Source: an uncultured delta proteobacterium
GTDB lineage: Bacteria; Myxococcota; Myxococcia; Myxococcales; Anaeromyxobacteraceae
Direction of reading: 5' to 3'
Length of the DNA stretch: 64,000 bases
Assembly: GCA_963766715.1 (NCBI GenBank)
Contig: CAVYBH010000017.1
Coordinates: forward strand, 96,001 to 160,000
The notes below the pieces were generated by a model. It was not told the DNA's origin. It made no database searches and saw only the letters and a program-made list of their open reading frames with translations. Positions 42,492 to 57,119 of this stretch are shown piece by piece (position 1 is the stretch's first letter; each line of letters starts with the position of its first letter). A program made the translations under genes and the position numbers.

Positions 42492-44572
42492 GGATCTCTC
42501 CGGGGTGAGGGCACCTTAAGGTCGACGCCCATTTCGGGCAACTTCGCCTCCTCGCCTTCCTCGGCGAGGAGCGCGTCCACCTCGGCCTCTCCCGGCTCGA
42601 GCGCGACCACGGAGTCCGGGCGGTGGAAGAATTCCCGGACCAGGCGGGCCTGGGCCGGCCCGATCCCCTCGACCTGGGCGATCTCCGCCTCGGTCGCCTC
42701 GCGCACGCGGCGCAGCAATCCGAAGTGACGGAGCAGCGCCTTGCGCCGCAGGTCGCCGATCCCGGGGATCTCGTCCAGCACGGATCGGAGGTTCTGGACC
42801 CGCCGCAGCTTGCGGTGGAACTCGATGGCGAAGCGGTGGGCCTCGTCCCGCAGCCGCACGAGCAGGTAGAGCTCGGCGGAGTTCTGGCGCAGCACGACCG
42901 GATCCTTCCGGCCGGGGACGAAGATCCGCTCCGGCGTGCGAGCCGCCTCGGCGACGAAGCCCTTCCCGGCCCGCTCCGCGGCCTCGGCCAGGCCCGCGCT
43001 CCGCGACGATCGGCGCGAGATCACCCGGGTCGTCGAGAGCGCGGTGGCGTCCAGGTTGCGGCTCTTGGCCAGTCCCACCATCTGCACGAAGGGCAGGCCG
43101 GGGTTCCCGGGATCCGGCTTCGTCGGAACCCCCAGGTCGTGCGCCGCCGCGAGCGCCGCGGCCAGCTGCCCCTTGCCGCCGTCGATGACGAGCAGGTCGG
43201 GCATGGCCCCCTCGGCCAGCGCCCGGCGCAGCCGCCGGGTCACCACCTCGTGGAGCATGGCGAAGTCGTCCTGGCCGGCGACGCCCCGCACCTTGTAGCG
43301 CCGGTAGCCGTCCCGATCGGGCTCTCCATCCCGCATGGACACGCCCGAGCCCACCGCCAGCGATCCCTGGAAGGTGGAGATGTCGTAGCACTCCATCCAG
43401 CGCGGCTCCCGGGCCAGGTGGAGCGCCCGGGTGAGCGCGGCGAGCGCGTCGTCGCGCCGGCCGCCCTCCTCCCGCCAGCTCCGGAACGACTGCTCCGCGT
43501 TGCGATTCGCCACGTCCAGGAGATCGGCCTTGGCGCCCCGCTGCGGGAAGAGGAGCCGGACCTTGCGGCCGCGCCGTTCGCCGAGCACCTCGGCCAGCGC
43601 GTCCACGTTGGCGGGCTCGATGGGGAGCAGGACCTCGTCGGGCGGCGCCACCCGCTCGTAGTAGAGGGAGAGGAACGAGGAGAGGAGCTCGTCGCCGGGG
43701 AACTCCTGGCCGGCGAACGGGTGGGCCCGGGAGTCGAGGAGCTTGCCCCCCCGCATCGAGAGCACCTGGAAGACCAGGTCGGGCCCCTCGCGGTGGATGC
43801 CCAGCACGTCCCGGTCGGCCCGGTCGTCCATCAGGACGCGCTGGGTCTCCAGGCTCCGCGCCACCGCCCGGAGCTGGTCGCGCACCCGGGCCGCCTCCTC
43901 GAACCGGAGCGCCGCCGCGGACTCCCGCATGCGCGCCGCCAGCCGCTCGGCGAGCTCCCCTTCCCTGCCCTCCAGGAAGGCCACGGCGTCGTCCACGCTC
44001 CGTCCGTACTCCTCGGGCGAGACGTCGTAGACGCAAGGGGCCGGGCAGCGGTGGATCTGGTAGAGGATGCAGGGGCGCTTGCGGTGGTCGAAGACGTGAT
44101 CGGTGCAGGTCCGCAGCTGGAACCAGCGGTTCACCACGCGCAGGGTCTCCCGGATGGAGCTGGCGCTCGAGTAGGGGCCGAACCAGCGCGCCCCGTCGTC
44201 CTTGCGCTGCCGGGCGCGGCTCACCTCCAGGCGGGGGAACGGGTGGCGGGTGTCGAGGCGCAGGACGATGAAGTCCTTGTCGTCGCGCAGCCGGACGTTG
44301 AAGCGCGGCTTGTGCTTCTTGATGAGCTCGTTCTCGAGGAGGACCGCCTCCTTCTCGGATCGGGTCACCACCACGTCGAGGTCGCCCAGCAGCCCGTCGA
44401 GGAGCGGGATGAAGTGGCGGTCGTCGCCGCTGGCGTCGAAGTAGCTGCGGACCCGGGAGCGGAGCGAGGCCGCCTTGCCCACGTACACGACCTCGCCGGC
44501 CCGGTCCTTCATGAGATAGACCCCGGGCTGGTGGGGCAGGTCGTCGATCTTCCTCCGGAGCGCGGCGTCCAT
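42488..44572 (-). CDS. uvrC: Excinuclease ABC subunit C
   Basis: [10 protein letters not shown]...[32 protein letters not shown], HhH IPGIG. Confidence 0.95.
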
Positions 44573-44589
44573 GGGCGGGAGGTCCCGGA

Positions 44590-46678
<2,089 letters not shown>

Positions 46679-46707
46679 CGGGGAATCCTAACGGCCGGAG
46701 CGCTCCG

Positions 46708-48156
46708 CTACTCGACCTTCCAGGTGGTGCCGGAAGGGCCGTCCATCAGGGCCACGCCCATGGCCGCCAGCTCGGCGCGAACCGCGTCGGAGCGGGCGAA
46801 GTCCTTGGCGGCGCGCGCGGCGGTGCGCTCGGCAATCCGGGCCTCGACGAGCGCCGGGTCGATGCCCCGCCGCAGGACGGCGCGGGCCCGCAGCGCCTCC
46901 AGGGCGGCCGAGGTCGGCCGCTGCAGGATCCCGAGCTCCGCACCGACCGAGCGGGCATTCCGCGCGAACCGCGCCAGGGCCGCGCGATCCTCCGGGCTCT
47001 TCTTGCCCTTGCGGTCGGCGTCGGCGTTGGCGACCGTGAAGGCGTCGGCGAGGATGCCCAGCACCGCTGCGGTGTTGAAGTCGTCGTCGAGCACGGCCCG
47101 CGCCTCCTCGGCCCAGGCCGAGATCCCGGGCCCCGGCTCGGCGCCCGCGGCGATCCGATCGGCCTTCTCCAGCGTCTCGTAGAGGTATCCGAGGCGCCGC
47201 TCGGCGTCGGCCAGCAGCCCGTCGGAGAAGTTGATGGGATTGCGGTAGTGGGTGCCGAGCAGGAGGAGGCGAAGCCCCTCGGCGTCGTGGCGCCGGAGCA
47301 CGTCCTTCACCGTGAAGAAGTTGCCCAGCGACTTGGACATCTTCTCGTTGTCGAGCTCGACGAACCCGTTGTGCATCCAGTACCGGGCGAAGTCCTCCGG
47401 CTCGAGCCGCTCGGAGAGGGCCGCCGCCGACTGGGCAATCTCGTTGGTGTGGTGCGGGAAGACCAGGTCCTTGCCCCCGGTGTGGATGTCGAACGGGGCG
47501 CCCAGGTGCTCGAGCGTCATGGCCGAGCACTCGATGTGCCACCCCGGCCGTCCCTTCCCCCACGGGGAATCCCAGGCCGGCTCGCCGGGCTTGGCCCCCT
47601 TCCAGAGGGCGAAGTCGAGAGGGTCCCGCTTGGATTCGCCGGGCTCGACCCGCGCCCCGGACTCCAGGTCGTCGAGGTTCCGCCGGGAGAGCCGCGTGTA
47701 GGCCGGGAACTTCCGGACCGCGTAGTAGACGTCGCCTCTCCCGTCCGGGTAGGCGAAGCCGCGCGCGACGAGCCGCTCGATGAGGGCCACGATCCCTGGC
47801 ATGGAGCTGCTGACCCGGGGCGCGGCGTCGGGGCGCGCGCAGCCCATCGCGTCCATGTCCTCCAGGAAGGAATCGGCGTACCGGGAGGCGAACGCGACCG
47901 GATCCTCGCCCCCCTCGGCGGCGCGCCGGATGATCTTGTCGTCGACGTCGGTGAAGTTGCGGACGTACTTCACCTCGAACCCGCGAGCGCGCAGGTGGCG
48001 GACCACCACGTCCCAGACCACGTAGCAGCGCGCGTGCCCGAGGTGGGCGTGATCGTAGACCGTGGGGCCGCAGACGTAGAGGCCGACCTTGCCCGGGACG
48101 ATGGGGTGGAACTCGCGCTTCTCGCCGGCGAGCGTGTCGTAGATCTGGATGGCCAT
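46708..48156 (-). CDS. cysS: Cysteine--tRNA ligase
   Basis: YVCGPTVYDHAHLGH, GRPGWHIECS, FPHHTNE, KMSKSLGN. Confidence 0.96.
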   Translation of the reverse strand: MAIQIYDTLAGEKREFHPIVPGKVGLYVCGPTVYDHAHLGHARCYVVWDVVVRHLRARGFEVKYVRNFTDVDDKIIRRAAEGGEDPVAFASRYADSFLEDMDAMGCARPDAAPRVSSSMPGIVALIERLVARGFAYPDGRGDVYYAVRKFPAYTRLSRRNLDDLESGARVEPGESKRDPLDFALWKGAKPGEPAWDSPWGKGRPGWHIECSAMTLEHLGAPFDIHTGGKDLVFPHHTNEIAQSAAALSERLEPEDFARYWMHNGFVELDNEKMSKSLGNFFTVKDVLRRHDAEGLRLLLLGTHYRNPINFSDGLLADAERRLGYLYETLEKADRIAAGAEPGPGISAWAEEARAVLDDDFNTAAVLGILADAFTVANADADRKGKKSPEDRAALARFARNARSVGAELGILQRPTSAALEALRARAVLRRGIDPALVEARIAERTAARAAKDFARSDAVRAELAAMGVALMDGPSGTTWKVE

Positions 48157-48165
48157 CTCGGTCGC

Positions 48166-49313
48166 CTATCTCCTCACCAGCAGCGCCACGGCGTGCGCCG
48201 CGATTCCCTCGCCTCGCCCCACGAATCCGAGCCCCTCGCCGGTGGTCGCCTTCACGTTCACCTGCCCGGGTGCGACGCCCAGCGCCTCCGCCAGCCGGGC
48301 TCGCATCTCGTCGGCGCGGGGCGCGATCTTCGGGACGCCGCGCCGCCAGCGTCACGTCGCAGTTCCCGACCGTCCACCCCAGCGCCGCGGCCTTCGCGGC
48401 CACCTCCCGGAGGAGGCGGAGGGACGAGACCCCCTTCCACTGCGGGTCGGTGTCGGGGAAGTGGCGGCCGATGTCCCCCAGGCCCGCCGCGCCGAGCACG
48501 GCGTCGCAGAGGGCATGGGCGCAGATGTCGGCGTCGGAGTGACCGAGCAGCCCGTCTCCCTCGAACTCGACGCCGCCGAGCACGAGCTTCCGTCCCGGCG
48601 CGAAGGCGTGGACGTCGTAGCCCACGCCCATGGCGACGGCCGGCTCGACGAGCGCCCGGGCCCGGGCCAGGTCGCCCGGCCCGGTGATCTTGAAGTTCGT
48701 CGCCTCGCCAGGGACGAGCGCCACCGTCTCCCCGAGCCGCTCGACGAGCTGGCACTCGTCGGTGGCCCCGGCTGCGGAGGGGCCCGCCGACTCGAAGGCC
48801 CTTCGCAACAGGGAGGTGCGGAATCCCTGCGGCGTCTGGGCCAGCCACACGCTGCGCCGGTCGAGGGTCTCGGCGACGCGATCGCCCTCGGCCCGCTTCA
48901 CGGTGTCGGTCGCGGCGAGAGCGGCCAGTGCGGCGCCGCGCGCGAGCGCCGTCTCGGCCACCGCCCGCGCCAGGGCCGGGGTGGCGAAGGGGCGCGCCGC
49001 GTCGTGCACGAGCACCACCCCCACCGGCCCCAGGGCGTCGAGCCCGGCCCGGACCGAGTCGGCCCGTGCGAGCCCGCCCGCGACCGTGCGGACCGGGATT
49101 CCGATGCCGGCCAGGTCGGTCTGGCCCCGCTCTTCCTCCCCGGCCGGGACGACCAGGACCAGCTCGTCGACCACGCCGGAGGCGGCCAGGGCGCGCGCGG
49201 CCCGGCGAAGGACCGTCTCCCCGCCCAGGGAGACCCATTGCTTGGCGACGCCGGCGCGAAGCCCCGAATCCGCCCGCCGCCAGGATCGCTCCCACCCTCT
49301 CGCTGCCGATCAC
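48166..49313 (-). CDS. ispDF: Bifunctional IspD-IspF fusion; frameshifts near 49268 and 48333
   Basis: [28 protein letters not shown] run in frame into [22 protein letters not shown]; then [19 protein letters not shown]. Confidence 0.88.
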
Positions 49314-49488
49314 CCTGCCTCCACTCCCCGGCTGGCACCGACCGTGCTCTGTCCCGACGTCGATGCCCGCCCTGACCGCCACCACGGACGTCGCGCCCCG
49401 GAAACGAGACCGCCGCGCGTGCCGATGGCCGCGCGGCGGACGCATCCGCAGTCGGTCCGGCGCGGCGAGCCGCCCCGGCCGGGCGGCT

Positions 49489-50004
49489 TCAGTTGATGTT
49501 GAAGATCTTCCGGAGCTCGGTCTCCACGTCCTGCTCGTCACAGTCCTTGGCGATGGCCAGTTCCTTGATGAGCAGCGACCGCGCCGTATCGAGCATCTTC
49601 CGCTCGCCGAAGGACAGGTCCTTGTCGGAGCGGAGCAGGTAGAGATCGCGCAGGACCTCGGCGATCTCGAAGACCGAACCGGTCTTGATCTTGTCCATGT
49701 ACTCGCGGTACCGGCGGTTCCAGGTGGTGGAATCGACCGAGACCTCCTTCTCGCGAAGGATGCTGTAGACCTTGCGCACTTCCTTGTCGCCGATGATCTC
49801 GCGCAGGCCGACCGAGCCCACCTTGTTCATCGGGATCATGATCTTCATCCCGTTGTCGAGGATGCGCAGCACGTAGAAGGACTGCCGCTGGCCGGCAACC
49901 TCCTTGTGCTCGATGCCCATCACTTCGCCAACTCCCTGACCAGGGTAAACTGCCTTGTCCCCGACCTTGAAGGTCGGGCCCGACGGGTTCTGAGGTGCGG
50001 CCAT
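49489..50004 (-). CDS. cdnL: CarD/CdnL-family RNA polymerase-binding regulator (CdnL type)
   Basis: FKVGDKAVYPGQGVG, WNRRYRE, LSFGERKML; no AT-hook domain; upstream of ispDF-cysS. Confidence 0.88.
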   Translation of the reverse strand: MAAPQNPSGPTFKVGDKAVYPGQGVGEVMGIEHKEVAGQRQSFYVLRILDNGMKIMIPMNKVGSVGLREIIGDKEVRKVYSILREKEVSVDSTTWNRRYREYMDKIKTGSVFEIAEVLRDLYLLRSDKDLSFGERKMLDTARSLLIKELAIAKDCDEQDVETELRKIFNIN

Positions 50005-50079
50005 TCGTTCCTCCGCCCGGCTGCCAATCTCGCCTGCGCCCGGGTGTTCGGGCGGGCGGGCGCTGGGCCTGGAGCGCGA

Positions 50080-50108
50080 ACCCTACCACAACGCTTGCGC
50101 CCCGTCAA
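50080..50108 (-). promoter_or_regulatory. cdnL promoter
   Basis: TTGACG-17 nt-TAGGGT with an extended -10 TG. Confidence 0.65.
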
Positions 50109-50159
50109 TACGAGCGAAATCGATCGCTTTCGGGTGCTTTCCTGAGCACTTCCGCAAGG

Positions 50160-52463
50160 TTGGCGCGCTGGGCCGCCTGGTTTGCCGCCGGGGCGGCCGC
50201 GGCCATCTCCTTGAAACCAGGGGCTTTCGCCATCGCGGGGGGTGCCGCAGCAGCGGCGGCCGGGCTGGCCTGGACCCCCGCCACGCCCCTCGCCTTCGCG
50301 GCTGCAGGATGGGTCGCGGGCGGGGTAGCCCGGACGGGGCGGCTCGCGCCGCCAGCCCCGTCGGCCACCCTCCGAGGCGCGGTGGTCTCCATGCCCCGTC
50401 ACGACGAGGATCGGGCCCGGTTCACGGTGGAGGACGCGACCGCCGGACGGCTCGAGGTCTCCTCACCCGACCTGCCCGTGCCCCTGGCGCTCGGGGACGA
50501 GGTGCTCGTCTCGGCCGACGTCCGGGAGCTCCGGTCCGCCCGGAACCCGGGAGGCCGGGATCCCTCCTCCGTCTCCGTGGCCCACGGGGTCGCCGGGCAG
50601 GCCTGGACCCGCACCCCACCGGCCCGGACGGCGCCGCCCGCCCTCCTCTCCCGCGTCGCCGCGGCACGCATCGCGTTCGGCCTGGCGGCCTCCCGGGTGC
50701 TGCCTGCCCGCGAGGCCGCGCTCGTCCGCGCCATCGGGGCCGGAGACGAGTCGACGGTCGACGCCGACACCCGCGACCGCTTCGCCCGCAGCGGGCTGGC
50801 CCACGTGCTCTCGGTCTCCGGCCTCCACCTCGCGGTGGTCGCCCTGGGGACGTGGCGCGCGCTGCGAGCGGGCCTGGTCCGCCTCGAGCCCATCTCGTCC
50901 CGGTTCGACGTGCGGCGCGCCGCCGCCGTGGCCGCACTCCCGGTGACTGCCATCTACGCGGTGGCCACCGGCGCCTCGGTGCCCGTCGTCCGGTCGGCGG
51001 TCGCCACCGGCCTGGTCTTCGGATCGGTGCTCCTCGGCCGCCGCCCGGACGCTGGGCACGCCCTCGCCGTGGCGGCCATCGCCATCCTGGCCTGGGACCC
51101 GGGCTCCCTCGTCGACGTCTCCTTCCAGCTCTCCTTCGTGTCGGTGGGCGGCCTGCTCCTCCTCGCGGGCCCGCTCCGCCGGGCCTTGCCGGTGCACCCC
51201 AATCCATCGCGTCTCACCGGCCGAGCCCTCGAGTCGGCCCTCCAGGGAGCCTGTGCGAGCGCCGCTGCGACGATGGCCACCGCGCCGCTCCTGGCCCTCC
51301 ACTTCCGGCGCCTCTCGACCCTCGCCATCCCCGCCAACGCCGTGGGGTTGCCCTTCGCGTCGGCGCTCACGGTCCTCGCGGCGCTGGCCTTCCTGGCGAG
51401 CGCGGCGGCCCCTCCCCTCGCACCGGCGCTTCTCTGGCTCTGCCGCCCCTTCGCGACCGCGTTCCTCGCCGTGAACGACGCCTTCGCCGCTCCGCCCCTC
51501 GCCTCGGTGGGGATCGCCTCTCCTGGCTGGGGCCTCGTCGCAGCGGCCTACGCACTGGGAGGGGCGGCGCTGCTCTCGCGCGGGCGGAGGCGCTGGGTGC
51601 TCGCGGCCTGCGCCGCGGCGGCGGTCGCGCTGCCCGGACCGGCTCGCCTGCTGGCGGCCCGCCACCGCGCCGGCATCGAGGTGGTCTTCCTCTCGGTGGG
51701 CCAGGGGGACTGCACGCTCATCCGCCTGCCCGACGGCTCGGGCGTGGTGATCGACGCGGGGGGCGACCCGGCCGGGCGCTACGACCCCGGTGCACGCGAC
51801 GTCCTTCCCTTCCTCCTCGACATGGGTGTCGTCCGCCTCGCGGCCGCCTTCGTCTCCCATCCCCATCCCGACCACCTGCAGGGGCTCCCCGCCGTCGTGA
51901 CGGGCCTGCGGGGAGAACGCGTCTTCGCCTCCTTCGACCGCGGCGACGCGGCGGCCCGCGCCGCGTTCGATCGGATGCCTCCCGCCCGCGTGCTCGCTGC
52001 CGGCGACGACCTCACCCTGGCGGGCGTGCGCTTCCGGGTCCTCGGGCCGCCCCGAGGGACGCACGGGCTCCGCGAGAACGACGCCTCCCTCGTCCTCCAC
52101 GTGTCCTACGGCGCCACCTCCTTCCTGCTCCCCGGCGACGTCGAGTCCGCGGGAGAGGCGGCGCTCCTCGCCGGCGAGGTCCCTCGCGTCGACGTGGTGA
52201 AGGCGCCCCACCACGGCAGCCGCACCAGCTCCGGGCGCGGGCTCGTCCGCGCCACGCGGCCGCGCTGGGTGGTCTTCATGGTCGGCGCCGGGAACCGGTA
52301 CGGCTTCCCGCACGCGGAGACCGTGTCCCGGTGGCAGGAGGTCGGCGCCGAGCTCCTCCGCACCGATTCGGGGCCGGTGCGCTTTCGCTCCGACGGTCGC
52401 CAGGTCTGGCGCACGGACCCCGCCGCCGCGCTCGACGCCTGGGACCTCGCCGCCGGGAGGTGA
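50160..52463 (+). CDS. comEC: ComEC/Rec2 DNA-uptake protein with C-terminal metallo-beta-lactamase domain (start uncertain)
   Basis: RNPGG, SGLAHVLSVSGLHL, SFQLSF, VGQGD, SHPHPDH, PHHGSRTSS, NRYGFPH. Confidence 0.9.
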   Translation: MARWAAWFAAGAAAAISLKPGAFAIAGGAAAAAAGLAWTPATPLAFAAAGWVAGGVARTGRLAPPAPSATLRGAVVSMPRHDEDRARFTVEDATAGRLEVSSPDLPVPLALGDEVLVSADVRELRSARNPGGRDPSSVSVAHGVAGQAWTRTPPARTAPPALLSRVAAARIAFGLAASRVLPAREAALVRAIGAGDESTVDADTRDRFARSGLAHVLSVSGLHLAVVALGTWRALRAGLVRLEPISSRFDVRRAAAVAALPVTAIYAVATGASVPVVRSAVATGLVFGSVLLGRRPDAGHALAVAAIAILAWDPGSLVDVSFQLSFVSVGGLLLLAGPLRRALPVHPNPSRLTGRALESALQGACASAAATMATAPLLALHFRRLSTLAIPANAVGLPFASALTVLAALAFLASAAAPPLAPALLWLCRPFATAFLAVNDAFAAPPLASVGIASPGWGLVAAAYALGGAALLSRGRRRWVLAACAAAAVALPGPARLLAARHRAGIEVVFLSVGQGDCTLIRLPDGSGVVIDAGGDPAGRYDPGARDVLPFLLDMGVVRLAAAFVSHPHPDHLQGLPAVVTGLRGERVFASFDRGDAAARAAFDRMPPARVLAAGDDLTLAGVRFRVLGPPRGTHGLRENDASLVLHVSYGATSFLLPGDVESAGEAALLAGEVPRVDVVKAPHHGSRTSSGRGLVRATRPRWVVFMVGAGNRYGFPHAETVSRWQEVGAELLRTDSGPVRFRSDGRQVWRTDPAAALDAWDLAAGR

Positions 52464-52467
52464 CGCC

Positions 52468-53202
52468 GTGCAGAGCCACGTCCTCGTCCAGGAGCCTGGT
52501 AAGCCGGACCGCGAGTGGCCGCTCTCGCCGGGGGAGACCGCGGAGCCCCTCCCCTCGGTCCGCGTCTCGGCGGCGGAGGCCGCCGGGGTCGTCATCGAGC
52601 CCTCCGTCCGGCGGATCACGGTGGGTGGACGGGTCCTGCGCGGCGGGGAGCGACGGCTCCTCCGGCCGGGTGAGGTGGCACGGGTGGGGGAAGCCCGGAT
52701 CGTCGCGTCGAGCCGCGAACCGGGCACGGCCACCCAGGCGCGCGGGCTCCTGCTCGCGGCGCTCCGCGGGGAGGAGGTCCGCTTCGGGCCGGGCCTCGAC
52801 GTCCTGGAAGGCCCGGAGGCGGGACGCCTCCTGCCGCTGCGGGAGGGCGTGCTCGGCCGGGGATCGCCGGCCACGCTGCGCCTCGCCGATCCGTCGCTCT
52901 CCCGGAGTCACGCCCGGATCCGGGTCGAGGGCGGGCGGGTGCTCGTGGAGGATCTGGGGAGCAAGAACGGCACCTGGCTGCGAGGAGCGCCCATCTCCTC
53001 GCTCCGGGAGCTCCGCCCCGGCGACGAGGCGCGTGCGGGGCGCACCGTGTTCGCCCTTGCGCTCACCGCCGGCGCTGGAACGCAGCCTCCGCCTTCCCGG
53101 CGGGAGCCGGCGCCGCCGGCTCGCATGAGCCGGCTGGCCCGCGCCGCGCTGGCCGTGGCCATCGGGGCAGCGGCCGCCGCCGCGGCGATCGCCTCCTCGT
53201 GA
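52468..53202 (+). CDS. FHA-domain protein with C-terminal TM helix
   Basis: LGRG...DPSLSRSHA...EDLGSKNGTW. Confidence 0.82.
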   Translation: MQSHVLVQEPGKPDREWPLSPGETAEPLPSVRVSAAEAAGVVIEPSVRRITVGGRVLRGGERRLLRPGEVARVGEARIVASSREPGTATQARGLLLAALRGEEVRFGPGLDVLEGPEAGRLLPLREGVLGRGSPATLRLADPSLSRSHARIRVEGGRVLVEDLGSKNGTWLRGAPISSLRELRPGDEARAGRTVFALALTAGAGTQPPPSRREPAPPARMSRLARAALAVAIGAAAAAAAIASS

Positions 53203-53211
53203 CCCGTCCGG

Positions 53212-54144
53212 CTAGAGGCGGGCGCCCATGCCGCGATAGGCGTTCTCGAGGGCATCGAAGTCGCGCAGGACGGTCGCGCCGGCGTCCCGGAAGGGCTCGA
53301 CTCGCCCGTTCGTGGCAGCCCCTCCGACGAGGATGTCCACGCCCCGCGGAAGCGCCTGGGCGATGGTGCCTGCGACCTGCTCGGGCGGGATTTCGCCGGT
53401 CACGGTCATCCCGAGCACCACCACCCGGGCTCCGGTGCGCCGGACCGCCTCCACCACGTCCGCGTGCGGAAGGTCCGCCCCCAGGTAGATGACGCCCAGG
53501 CCCGCCGTGGCCCCCAGCATCGCCGCGGCCAGGATGCCGATCTCGTGCCGCTCGCCCGCGGGCGTGGCGAACACGACACCCGCCCGGCCGTCTCGCGGCG
53601 CCTGGACCCGGACCAGCGAGCCGAGGAGGTTTCGCATGGCGCCGGTGGCCAGGTGCTCCTGGGCGACGGTGAACTGGCCCCGCTCCCAGGCATCCCCGAC
53701 CTCCCGCATCAGCGGGAGCACCACCTGGAAGACCAGCTCGCGGGCCGACAGCACCGCGGCGAGCTTCCCCACCTGGCGGTCCAGCGCGGCCATGTCGTAC
53801 CGGTCGATGGCCTCGAAGAGCGCGCGCAGGTCAATCTGGTCGGCCTTGCCGTCGCGGTCCCGCGGCTCGAGACCCGCCTCCAGCAGGCGCGAGAGCTCGG
53901 CGTCGCCCATGTTGGCGATCCGCCCGATCGCGTGCCCCCGCTCGACGAGCCGCCGGAGCAGCTTCAGCTTCTGGACGTCGGGCTCGGCGTAGAGCCGGCC
54001 GCAATCGTCCCGGCCGGGCTCCACGGCGCCGTAGCGCCGCTCCCACGCGCGGAGGGTGTCGATGGGGATCCCGGTCAGTCGGGCGACGACCCGGATCGGG
54101 TACTTGCCTGGACCTCTCTCGGCGGATGCGTCCATGGAATCCAC
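53212..54144 (-). CDS. MerR-family cobalamin-binding regulator (CarH/LitR type photoreceptor)
   Basis: RAWERRY HTH, W-x9-EH (WERGQFTVAQEH), ExHxxG (ERHEIG), YLGADLP; start may be ATG 54135. Confidence 0.88.
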   Translation of the reverse strand: MDSMDASAERGPGKYPIRVVARLTGIPIDTLRAWERRYGAVEPGRDDCGRLYAEPDVQKLKLLRRLVERGHAIGRIANMGDAELSRLLEAGLEPRDRDGKADQIDLRALFEAIDRYDMAALDRQVGKLAAVLSARELVFQVVLPLMREVGDAWERGQFTVAQEHLATGAMRNLLGSLVRVQAPRDGRAGVVFATPAGERHEIGILAAAMLGATAGLGVIYLGADLPHADVVEAVRRTGARVVVLGMTVTGEIPPEQVAGTIAQALPRGVDILVGGAATNGRVEPFRDAGATVLRDFDALENAYRGMGARL

Positions 54145-54156
54145 TTAGCAGGACGA

Positions 54157-54192
54157 CAAGCGCTTGCAAGTCATTTGCAATGCCTTTATCCA
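54157..54192 (+). promoter_or_regulatory. Promoter of the SRPBCC gene with overlapping operator candidate
   Basis: TTGCAA-17 nt-TATCCA; TTGCAA repeated 11 bp apart (54164, 54175); palindrome CAAGCGCTTG at 54157-54166. Confidence 0.5.
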
Positions 54193-54245
54193 TGACAACG
54201 ATCGCCCCGTGGACGATCAAGGACTTGTCGAAGGGAGCTGCCCGA

Positions 54246-54728
54246 ATGACCCCGTTCCACATCCTCGAACGGCACCAGACCGTGCCCCTGAGCCGGGCCG
54301 AGGTGTTCGCCTTCTTCGCCGACCCGCGGAACCTCGAGGCCATCACCCCCGATTTCCTCCGGTTCCGGATCCTTCCCCCGGTGCCGTCCACGCTGCAGGT
54401 GGAATCCCGCATCGACTACCGGCTGTCGCTCTTCGGCGTCCCGTTCCGGTGGCGGACCCGGATCGCCGCCTGGCGCCCGGGCGAGCGCTTCGTGGACGTC
54501 CAGGAACGCGGTCCCTACGCCCTCTGGCACCACACGCACACCTTCCGCGACGTCGACGGGGGGACCCAGGTCTCCGATCGGGTCGAGTACGCCCTTCCCC
54601 TCGGCGTCCTGGGCGCGGCGGCCCACCCGCTCATGGTCCGTCGCACGCTGGCCCGGATCTTCGATCACCGGCGCGAGCGCGTCGCCGCCCTGCTGGGCGG
54701 CGCGCCGATGTCGCAGCGAGCGGCCTGA
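54246..54728 (+). CDS. SRPBCC (START-like) ligand-binding protein
   Basis: EVFAFFADPRNLEAITP, RWRTRI, FVDVQERGPYALWHHTHTF, DRVEYALP, IFDHR; GGAG SD. Confidence 0.85.
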   Translation: MTPFHILERHQTVPLSRAEVFAFFADPRNLEAITPDFLRFRILPPVPSTLQVESRIDYRLSLFGVPFRWRTRIAAWRPGERFVDVQERGPYALWHHTHTFRDVDGGTQVSDRVEYALPLGVLGAAAHPLMVRRTLARIFDHRRERVAALLGGAPMSQRAA

Positions 54729-57108
<2,380 letters not shown>

Positions 57109-57119
57109 GGGGTCGGGGC

